The notes beneath the pieces were generated by a model, which worked only from the letters and a program-made list of their open reading frames with translations, did not search any database and was not told the DNA's origin. Both the position numbers and the translations under genes were made by a program. Positions 56,307 to 64,000 of a stretch of DNA of 64,000 nucleotides are shown here, one piece after another. Origin of the DNA: a virus; IMG/VR virus record IMGVR_UViG_3300021437_000010, positions 13,358-77,357 of that record. One strand, 5' to 3'. The stretch's first letter is position 1. Each line of letters opens with the position of its first letter.

Positions 56307-57485
56307 ATGGATAGTATTGTACCTCAATCCGACCAAAAACACCAGCTCCGTAGTGACTATTATGTTTACTACCTCAATCGTCCCCCAAAACCTGATACTC
56401 CTAGCCACCTTATTAACCCTGATGGAACTGTCACGTTCTATATAGGGAAAGGCAAAGGGGCTCGTTTTCAGCAACATGAATGGTGTGCTAAGAGAGAGCA
56501 AAAGTGTAGACATCTGACATGTCGTGTTATTCGGAAGGAATGGCGCAATGGCGGACAAATCGCCAAAGAGAAAGCCTACGAAGGCCTGACTGAGTCTGAA
56601 TCTCACGAACTTGAAAAGGCACTTATCGCTTACGGGCGTTCGATCGGATTGCCATTGATCAATCTCACTGATGGGGGAGAGGGCATTTCTGGATACAAAG
56701 GTGATACTCACCCACCCTCGCAAAGAGAAAACCACCGCCAAAGCATGAAACGAAACTATTCTGACCCTGAGAAACTTGAACGCTTTCGGCAAGTTCATAT
56801 TGAGTGGTGGGAGAATAACCACCAGGCACGTGAAGCAGTCAGAAAGAGATTTGAAGATCCTGCTGTACGTGCCAAGGCTGGTGAAGCAAACATCGGTAAT
56901 GCCTACCATGCCAAGACATACGAAGGGTTTCAGAGCCCGATGGGTCAGGTCTATACAAACGTTCACCATCTCAAGAAGTTTTCTGAAGAGCACGGACTCC
57001 TTTCTGCCAAGATGTGTCAAGTAGCCAATGGAGAGAGACTCTCCCATAAAGGTTGGACTAGATATCCCCCGTTGGAGAGAGAGCAAAAACCGACCTATGC
57101 AAAAGCGGGGTTCAAAGATCCGAACGGGGTCATTTATGAAGCTGAGTCCATCCCTAGCCTTACTGATTTTTGTCGTGAGCATGATTTGGCAAGGACATGC
57201 ATGACACAACTTGGAACAGGAACGCTTCATTCGCATAAAGGATGGACACGTTACCCTGAAATCAAGGCGGAACGAGACTATCACGGAACCTATACGGGTC
57301 CGTCTCTTTTGAGCCCAGAGGGTACCGTGTACACCACTGAAGAGATCGATAATCTTACTGCTTTTTGTCATAAACATAACCTGCAAACTAGCAATATGTC
57401 CCTTGTTGCTCAGGGAAAACAACGTGCCCACAAGGGGTGGACAAGATTCCGACCTGAAGACCCTGCCCAATCCACTCTGTTCTAA
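56307..57485 (+). CDS. freestanding GIY-YIG-like endonuclease with three C-terminal repeats
   Basis: YYVYYL..FYIGKG..RF, E..LI and INLTDGGEG; three repeats ending HKGWTR(Y/F); antisense to late genes. Confidence 0.85.
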   Translation: MDSIVPQSDQKHQLRSDYYVYYLNRPPKPDTPSHLINPDGTVTFYIGKGKGARFQQHEWCAKREQKCRHLTCRVIRKEWRNGGQIAKEKAYEGLTESESHELEKALIAYGRSIGLPLINLTDGGEGISGYKGDTHPPSQRENHRQSMKRNYSDPEKLERFRQVHIEWWENNHQAREAVRKRFEDPAVRAKAGEANIGNAYHAKTYEGFQSPMGQVYTNVHHLKKFSEEHGLLSAKMCQVANGERLSHKGWTRYPPLEREQKPTYAKAGFKDPNGVIYEAESIPSLTDFCREHDLARTCMTQLGTGTLHSHKGWTRYPEIKAERDYHGTYTGPSLLSPEGTVYTTEEIDNLTAFCHKHNLQTSNMSLVAQGKQRAHKGWTRFRPEDPAQSTLF

Positions 57486-57495
57486 TCTCCAACTA

Positions 57496-57530
57496 TCTAG
57501 TTATGATGTAATAGCAACATCATAACTAGA
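57496..57530. terminator. long hairpin between convergent genes
   Basis: 14-bp perfect stem TCTAGTTATGATGT/ACATCATAACTAGA. Confidence 0.6.
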
Positions 57531-58656
57531 GCTTCACCTGACATGAGGCTGAAATGTTATTGCTGTTGTCACATCTCATAGGCGTATTTATAAGATGATC
57601 AACATAATTGTTAGCTGCTGCTGCTGAACTGACATTGACAAGCCAGAAAGTTGTATAGTTCAGTTTTGTTACTCATGCACTTTATGCATGGACTATCTCA
57701 TTTCTGGATAGTTCTCTGGTTTCATTCGCTATAGCCAGAGGTCGGATCGTATCTTACCTTTCGGCCCTGCGTGCGATCTCTACGGCGTCCCTTGCGGGTT
57801 CCCTCGGTATTGTCCTTGCGTTAGGAGTTCCACCGATACAGCAGGTTATCGATCAAGCAACCTTTTTGGCTACTTGAAAGCGGCAACTATTTCTTTTACC
57901 GTTTGAAGTAGATCCTCCATTCGTTGAATTCTTGAAGACGAATACAGTTGTCATACTTCTATTACCCGCACCAGTTGTAGCAGATCCAGTAAATGCTCCT
58001 GCTGACAAGTTACCACTGTACTGCTCAAGTACGCTACTTTGGTTTGCTTTCAAGTTAGCGTTTGATGGATTTTCCGCAACGTTAGGAATTGGCACAACAG
58101 CAGTTCCAATGGCATACGCTGCATTCGATGTGTAAGACACTGTTGTCAGGCTGGTAGCATTTTGAGTTGCAGCACCGTTCATTGAAACCGTTTGCGTCTG
58201 TCCAGTCCCGAAACCGACTAAAATCTGTGTTACGGTAGCATTGGCAGGAGATGGGTAGTTTAGCGGTATCGCAGCTGGTATCGCTGCAACTGCTAGGCTT
58301 GTAACGGCAGTCTGACCATTGGTGAGAGCTGTCGTCAAGGTTGTACTGCCATCGTTATTGTTGATATAGATGTTGTTGAAGACAGCAGCAGGAACAGCAT
58401 TGTTAATAGCGCACGTCAGTATATTCAGTGCGCCCTGGTCAGTAAGTGTTTTATTTGACCAAACGCGCTTTTTTGGTTTCCCTGTCTTGGCATCGGTCTG
58501 GACAATCTCCCACAGACCAGTAGGTCCGTTCTCACGAGCGCTGTACATCTTCGAAAAATCTGCGAAGTTGCGAGGCCGTACCGAACTTTTCCAGTACGGA
58601 GCATAATCTACAATCAGCTCTTCGCTGTCGTATGAACGATCTAAAATCGCTTGCAT
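57526..58656 (-). CDS. virion/tail structural protein, spliced (exon 1 58656-57898, exon 2 57660-57526; 297 aa)
   Basis: Joining GGT|AAC gives an open frame ...STSNG-NYTTFWLVNV...SCQVKL*; the track ORF ends prematurely inside the intron. Confidence 0.8.
57661..57897 (-). ncRNA. group I self-splicing intron (237 nt, ORF-less)
   Basis: P1 (exon CGGU / IGS GCCG with U-G pair), P10 (AUAGUU / exon AACUAU), P2, P3, P4, P5, P6, P7 (GAUCG/CGAUC with bulged A), P8 GAAA loop, J8/7 AAGAUA, three P9-region hairpins, terminal omega-G. Confidence 0.9.
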
Positions 58657-58680
58657 TGTTTATCCTTCCTTGCAAAGTGA

Positions 58681-59634
58681 TTAGAATGAGCCACCATTGG
58701 CGTATAAGAGCAATGTTCCTGTTGTTGCTCCTGACGTCCATGCTGTTTGTTGCACTTGCAGATAGCGATATCTGCGGGCACTACCGTATATGCCTGTAGA
58801 AGTGGCCGTTGTTGCTGCACTTCCTGATGTAGCACTTGTGGCAAGTATAGAGACGAAGTTAATACCGTCATTAGAGCCTTGAAAGGTAAGTGTGCCTCCC
58901 GTCGCCACTGCATCAATTTGGAGAGTCCACATTTCGTATGCACTGATATCAACTGAAGGAACTAATAGTGCGTTAGTAGCACCTGCTACGAGACCTGTGA
59001 TATTCGTGCCTACAAGAGTTGTTGGAGGAGGAACATTTGAAACAAGTGATCCATTTGTTGCACTGAAAAGACTAAACTTGACAATGTCCCCACCAACAGG
59101 AGCGCCGTATATGCCGAAAAAGCCAGTAGAAAGCGTATTGTCTGAGGCTAGTACACTCCAAGGCACTGGCTCAGTTGTTAACGCATCCCATACACGTACT
59201 TTCAAAGTTGAACCGATGATCTGAAATCTCATAAGATATTCAGTATCAACTGATGTAGAAAATGCAGCAGATCCGAGAACTGTATCGGTGCCGCTTATGC
59301 TTCTGCCAATTTCCACTGTATTTGAGTGGATATCTGCAAAATAGTAGTGGTTCGTGTCTGCACACCGCAGCACAGCACCAGCAACCGCACTTGTGCTTCC
59401 ACCTTGAACAACAGAAACGAGCACTTCAGTATCAGCTTGCGATGTGCCGTAAACATATGCGAAACGGACACTATTGTTTAGATAGGTCATAATGATGTGG
59501 TTTGAGGCAAAAGACGGTGTTTGGTTTCCCGCTACTTGTACCCAGTTATTGCCGTCAGATCCAGGACTAATAGCGTTTGGGCTACCTCTTCCACTTGTCA
59601 GGCATGTGTCCGCTGCAAAATTGATAAGTGTCAT
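58681..59634 (-). CDS. virion protein with ConA-like lectin domain and C-terminal jelly-roll-like domain
   Basis: N-terminal domain similar to that of 54096..55829; beta-rich. Confidence 0.6.
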   Translation of the reverse strand: MTLINFAADTCLTSGRGSPNAISPGSDGNNWVQVAGNQTPSFASNHIIMTYLNNSVRFAYVYGTSQADTEVLVSVVQGGSTSAVAGAVLRCADTNHYYFADIHSNTVEIGRSISGTDTVLGSAAFSTSVDTEYLMRFQIIGSTLKVRVWDALTTEPVPWSVLASDNTLSTGFFGIYGAPVGGDIVKFSLFSATNGSLVSNVPPPTTLVGTNITGLVAGATNALLVPSVDISAYEMWTLQIDAVATGGTLTFQGSNDGINFVSILATSATSGSAATTATSTGIYGSARRYRYLQVQQTAWTSGATTGTLLLYANGGSF

Positions 59635-59646
59635 AGTTGTGCTCCT

Positions 59647-59994
59647 TTACTTTCCAATGAGAGAGAGACTAAACGTGAAGGACGGTGATGTGCCACCGAT
59701 ATTCCACAGCACTTGAATGGTTCCGGTAAACGACTCAGATTGTGTAAGGCCTGCCCCAATCGATTTAGAGTCTACTCCGGTTGCCGTGCGCGATGTGCTC
59801 GACCAGAATGTATACCATATACCATCAGCACCTAATCTCTGGACAACAAATTGAAGTGTAGGACTTGTACCTGTGACAATTGTTGTGTTTGCATCAAATG
59901 CAAGCTCATTGAAGGCACTAACACTGAGTTGACCACTACTTCCACTGACTGTACGCGCTAATGATGTTAAAGTATAAACTGTCTGTGCGCTCAT
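59647..59994 (-). CDS. small beta-sandwich virion protein
   Basis: Paralogous to an internal segment of the upstream large tail protein. Confidence 0.65.
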   Translation of the reverse strand: MSAQTVYTLTSLARTVSGSSGQLSVSAFNELAFDANTTIVTGTSPTLQFVVQRLGADGIWYTFWSSTSRTATGVDSKSIGAGLTQSESFTGTIQVLWNIGGTSPSFTFSLSLIGK

Positions 59995-60001
59995 GATACT
60001 C

Positions 60002-63000
60002 CTACAATATCTGATTAAGTGCTTTTTCCCAATCCCCTAGCGACGGTCCTTCCGTCGCCGTTATGTTGAAAAAGTATGATTGAGATGGAGATCCTGTGTC
60101 CATCTTAAACCGTTGCGATCTGTCAGCGCTCGTAATAAGCATTTGAGCATCGTTTATTCCTAATGATGGAATAAACACACTTACATATTGCCCACATGCC
60201 AACCCTGTTCTTTTTGTTACAAATGTAACTGTGCGTCCAATTAAACCATATTGCTGTAAACGACTATCTCCTAGATTTTGTGCAGTTGTTACATCAATAT
60301 TCTGAGATGATACATCTTCTACCGCTTCCACAACTCCAATGTTGGCAAGTCCTACATCTACCTTGCCTACGATAGAGGCAGAGAAGGTAAAACTAGGTGT
60401 AGTGCCTGTTATTGTCCATCGCAAGCGAATTGTGGAACCAAGACTCTCTTTTGTTGACCCAAGAGGTCCTATTGTTTGAGGTAACACGGATACGGTATTA
60501 ATAGATGCTGGTTGGTAAATGATGTTATAATTACCGTTTGCGTCTTTTCTCTCTATGAAGAACTGTATAACAGGAGAAGTACCTGACACCGCTGTAATGT
60601 TGATATCCAGGATAATAACGCGACACAGGCTTACGTCAAGATCATTGCTATTTCCATTTACTGTTTGCGCAGCGGAAGCCTGATTAAGGAGAACTTGCAC
60701 AGGAGCGGAGAGACCACATTGATTTCGATATGCCTTTTGAGAAGTTGTAAGAGGGAACTGACCAGTATTATCACGAATGACCGTAGTAGTAGTTTGTCCC
60801 GTATATGTAATAACAAGTTGATCCGTACTTACTAGAATAGTTCCTGATGTGTCTTGCGCTAATGTATTAGATCCAACTTGATAGTAAAAATTCTTGCCTG
60901 TTGTACCTTTAAGGCCGAATGCCTTTGCTTGACCATTTAGTGTTATTGATGACATTGAAACAACATTGTACTTAAGAGCCCATGACGTACTGTTTGCATC
61001 TCCTATGTGCAGTTCATTGGTAAAAATTGTAGACTGCACACCAGTAACAATATGCCTATTCCGATAAAGGTCCGCAAGATACTGAACTTTTGCGCCAATA
61101 GTGTCTTTTGTTGTTACTGGCCATGGTGCTGGTACTGTTTGCCTAGGTATGAATACGAATGAGCCATCGGCCTTTATATTCCAATAGTAGCTGGATTGCG
61201 TTGCAATGCCTTTAATGTTATCTGATCTATATGTATTTACATAGTTTGCAGTCGGTATAAGCGAGCCAACGCCTATATTTGGATTGGTGACTAATGTTGT
61301 TATGTCGGTTACTTGAGGTGTAACGGTAGGATCTGTAGAGGTAAGCGTTACTTTAGTGTAAACATTCTTACCGGTTAGATTATCTCCAAACGGTTGTATC
61401 CTAAGATTATAGAATTGTGACGTACCTGTATCGTGTGCAAGGCCACACTGCCCCCCTGCAAGGGGTGAGCCGTCTGTGTACTGGAATATCTGCACACCAT
61501 CAAAGTAGGCCGTGATAAGTCCTCCAACTATCGTTACACGGATGCGGTGATTATCCCCGCGAATAAATGTGATGTTTCCTTGAGTGGGGAATGTGCGCGT
61601 ACCAGCAGACATACGCTCCAGTACAAGCTTATTAGGAGTATTGGAACTTAATGAGTCATTGGCAACTAGTGCGTAATAATTGTTTGTATTTGAGCATCTG
61701 AAGACAAGGCCGCCAATATCAGCTCTATCCATATCGCAGAGAACATCTACATCAGAAGTGTTAATAGCGCCATACAGGAGAAGCGCAAGAGACCCACCCG
61801 TGATTGTGATACGACTATTCACGGTGTCCCACGTCCAGGATCCGATGCTTCCACCATTGCCAAATGTAGAGGTGTAATTGCCGCTGTTCAGAAGATTGAA
61901 GCTATCAAGTGTGGGCGAGGGCTGTTGATTGATACCAGATATAGCGCCGCCGCTTGCCACATTGGTATAGGTAATACCATCTAGCGATGTAGCAACTACA
62001 ACGCTTGTATTTGTCGGCGTGATGGCATTCCATGATACAAGCGTGCTTCCACACGTGCCGACTCCTGATAGTGAAAGGGCTTTGCTTATACGTGTCCCTG
62101 AGCTGCTAAAGCCTCCCAAAACATAACATTTGAAATACTGAACTTGTGGCATGCTTGCAGCACTAGCGGTGGTCAGTGTGATGCGAAACTGGACTGATAT
62201 ACCACTGAGTGACTGGGCAAGTGTCAGATTTGGAATGGGGCCACCGTTAGTGACCGTCTGAAATGAGGTGCCACCATTAATTGTGCTCTCCACAAGGATC
62301 GTAGTGGACTGATTATTGATAGAGGCATCTTGCCATGTGACAACACTGTTGAGATAGGTAGAAGCCGCTGTGAGCGATGTGGAGGAGGACAGCCACGTGC
62401 CTGTAAGCGTCACAACCGATAGGCCAAAATTATTGAATTGCCCCTGATAACCAACTGTAGCACTAGAATTGGATGCCCTAAGACCAACGTAGCCACTGCC
62501 TGTGTATGTTGAGTCTGTTGCATTTATATATTGTATATCGTCAAGCCATACTTGGTGGTTACTACCATTAAAAATTACTTTTAGCTTATGCCATGAATTA
62601 GCCGTGATTGCAAGAGTAGCTGTTGCCACTTGGGTACGCGTACCTGTTGAAGCTGCTGAACTATTAGATCCTCTTTGGAGAGCTACTGATGTAGGAGTTA
62701 CCTCAACAGCATATGCATAGTTTGCATCATAATTACTCCAACCAGTTGTTCTGTATACAATTCCAGGTTTCCCGTATGTTACATCGGCATATATGTCAGT
62801 CTCAGCGATAGCATTTTGCCATTGTCCAAGCCAGTTAAGCTGGGATCGTCCTTCTAATCCAATTCCGACCTGTATCCAGAGGTTTTTGTAATTGCAGTGC
62901 TGACTGACGGTTGTGTTAGACGGTCCCGATGCACCTCCGCCAAATATCGTCATATTGGTGAGATTAGCTGTACTCCAATCGCGTACGCCTCCAAAGAGAG

Positions 63001-64000
63001 AGAGTATGCCCGCAGGGGCCGTTGTATTGGTAAGTGTTGTACCTGTATTCCATTCCGATGTAGTGGTTGCTGAAACAGTAACATCTGACTTTGATGCAGC
63101 ATAGGATGGATTAAGGGTACATATCATGCTTGCCAGAATTGGCTTAGACTCAGGAGATGTGCCTGCCAACTGCTGAAATGTTTGCCTGAACGTGATTGTT
63201 TTGCCTGCGATAGAGAGACCTGCAAGATAATTGGGCAACACGGCGTTATTCGTGCAGGCAATATATGAATTACCGCCATCAAGGCTGTATTCAATTAAAA
63301 TATTGGTATTTGTTGGAGTTATTGCTTTCCATGAAATGAATCCGCTTTGTGCTATTTTTGTCTGATCGACACTATAAGCAGGGCTCACACGGTTTGCTGT
63401 AGCGCAATCGTATGTATTAACAATAGTACATGAAATGTTAGAATAGCCACTGTTTTGCATCTGCTTGGGAGGATTGACATTAAGTGTCCCACCGAAAAAC
63501 GTATTGACAACCGCATCGTTAACATCTACCTCAAGTATATTTTTAATATACACCGTATACGTGCCGCCATTGTCACCCTCAATTGCTACATCTACATGTG
63601 AAATTGTTTTACCATTGAAATTATCTAAAAGAAATTTACGATGGTACCATCTACCGTCCGCAAAGCCTGCAAGATTATGATTTGGATGTGGAGGTATATT
63701 TTGCGCATCATTATAGGGCCACGTCTGAGTTGCATCTCTTAGAGTTGTGCCATCAGTGAATATAATATCGACTCCTGCTTCCATCTGAGGACATGTAGGA
63801 GCCAACCATATATCATATGCAAGATATCTGCCTGTGATGATGCCAATAGAGCCACCAGCGAATATTTGAATATATGTGTAGGCGTTACCGTCACTTACAA
63901 GCGATTCAGTACCGACAATTTTTAGTGTAGCAGTGGCAGTAGGCGCTAGCGTGTTGGCAGAGGATGCAACACCGTTCAGTGTCCCACTGGAAAAGATAGA
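60002..64000 (-). CDS. large minor tail / host-recognition protein (5' end beyond the window)
   Basis: Frame stays open from 63805 to the window edge; Thr/Ser/Asn-rich beta modules, two ConA-like domains and a C-terminal tail-hub-like region. Confidence 0.75.
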   Translation of the reverse strand, partial: SIFSSGTLNGVASSANTLAPTATATLKIVGTESLVSDGNAYTYIQIFAGGSIGIITGRYLAYDIWLAPTCPQMEAGVDIIFTDGTTLRDATQTWPYNDAQNIPPHPNHNLAGFADGRWYHRKFLLDNFNGKTISHVDVAIEGDNGGTYTVYIKNILEVDVNDAVVNTFFGGTLNVNPPKQMQNSGYSNISCTIVNTYDCATANRVSPAYSVDQTKIAQSGFISWKAITPTNTNILIEYSLDGGNSYIACTNNAVLPNYLAGLSIAGKTITFRQTFQQLAGTSPESKPILASMICTLNPSYAASKSDVTVSATTTSEWNTGTTLTNTTAPAGILSLFGGVRDWSTANLTNMTIFGGGASGPSNTTVSQHCNYKNLWIQVGIGLEGRSQLNWLGQWQNAIAETDIYADVTYGKPGIVYRTTGWSNYDANYAYAVEVTPTSVALQRGSNSSAASTGTRTQVATATLAITANSWHKLKVIFNGSNHQVWLDDIQYINATDSTYTGSGYVGLRASNSSATVGYQGQFNNFGLSVVTLTGTWLSSSTSLTAASTYLNSVVTWQDASINNQSTTILVESTINGGTSFQTVTNGGPIPNLTLAQSLSGISVQFRITLTTASAASMPQVQYFKCYVLGGFSSSGTRISKALSLSGVGTCGSTLVSWNAITPTNTSVVVATSLDGITYTNVASGGAISGINQQPSPTLDSFNLLNSGNYTSTFGNGGSIGSWTWDTVNSRITITGGSLALLLYGAINTSDVDVLCDMDRADIGGLVFRCSNTNNYYALVANDSLSSNTPNKLVLERMSAGTRTFPTQGNITFIRGDNHRIRVTIVGGLITAYFDGVQIFQYTDGSPLAGGQCGLAHDTGTSQFYNLRIQPFGDNLTGKNVYTKVTLTSTDPTVTPQVTDITTLVTNPNIGVGSLIPTANYVNTYRSDNIKGIATQSSYYWNIKADGSFVFIPRQTVPAPWPVTTKDTIGAKVQYLADLYRNRHIVTGVQSTIFTNELHIGDANSTSWALKYNVVSMSSITLNGQAKAFGLKGTTGKNFYYQVGSNTLAQDTSGTILVSTDQLVITYTGQTTTTVIRDNTGQFPLTTSQKAYRNQCGLSAPVQVLLNQASAAQTVNGNSNDLDVSLCRVIILDINITAVSGTSPVIQFFIERKDANGNYNIIYQPASINTVSVLPQTIGPLGSTKESLGSTIRLRWTITGTTPSFTFSASIVGKVDVGLANIGVVEAVEDVSSQNIDVTTAQNLGDSRLQQYGLIGRTVTFVTKRTGLACGQYVSVFIPSLGINDAQMLITSADRSQRFKMDTGSPSQSYFFNITATEGPSLGDWEKALNQIL

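Noticed and set aside
56139-57470. 443-aa minus-strand ORF
   Set aside because: Antisense shadow of the GIY-YIG-like gene, with no recognisable domain
1-64000. CRISPR or TIGR-like arrays, DGR reverse transcriptase, integrase/att sites, intein in DnaB
   Set aside because: No regularly spaced repeat-spacer array, no RT or recombinase motifs and a normal-length DnaB were seen on manual reading

Overview
The window looks like part of a large temperate phage or phage-plasmid. No integrase, att site, rRNA, tRNA or CRISPR array was found. The host is inferred to be a monoderm bacterium, tentatively Ktedonobacteria/Chloroflexota. Layout: (1-13.9 kb, minus strand) many small early-type genes, an AcrIII-1/DUF1874-like ring-nuclease homolog, adjacent ParA and ParM/ParR partition cassettes and an FtsK/HerA-like ATPase. 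(14-18 kb) an AAA_25 helicase and DnaG-like primase flanking an iteron-like array. (18.8-33.6 kb) regulators, a ParB-methyltransferase and an IS200/IS605-family tnpB element that precisely interrupts a BRO-N gene. (33.8-49.2 kb, plus strand) RusA, an initiator with internal iterons, DnaB, dCTP deaminase and ThyX. (49.2-64 kb, minus strand) lysis and virion/tail genes. Main observations: (a) an ORF-less group I intron at 57661-57897 with a non-canonical but fully compensated P7, whose splicing restores a virion gene in frame, lying next to a freestanding GIY-YIG-like endonuclease; (b) a shared ~95-bp promoter plus covarying-hairpin element upstream of two unrelated endonuclease genes inserted antisense in the late operon; (c) the divergent ring-nuclease homolog; (d) a conserved operator-like array at three distant operon starts. 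Family assignments come from motif recognition and recalled sequences, not from database searches.
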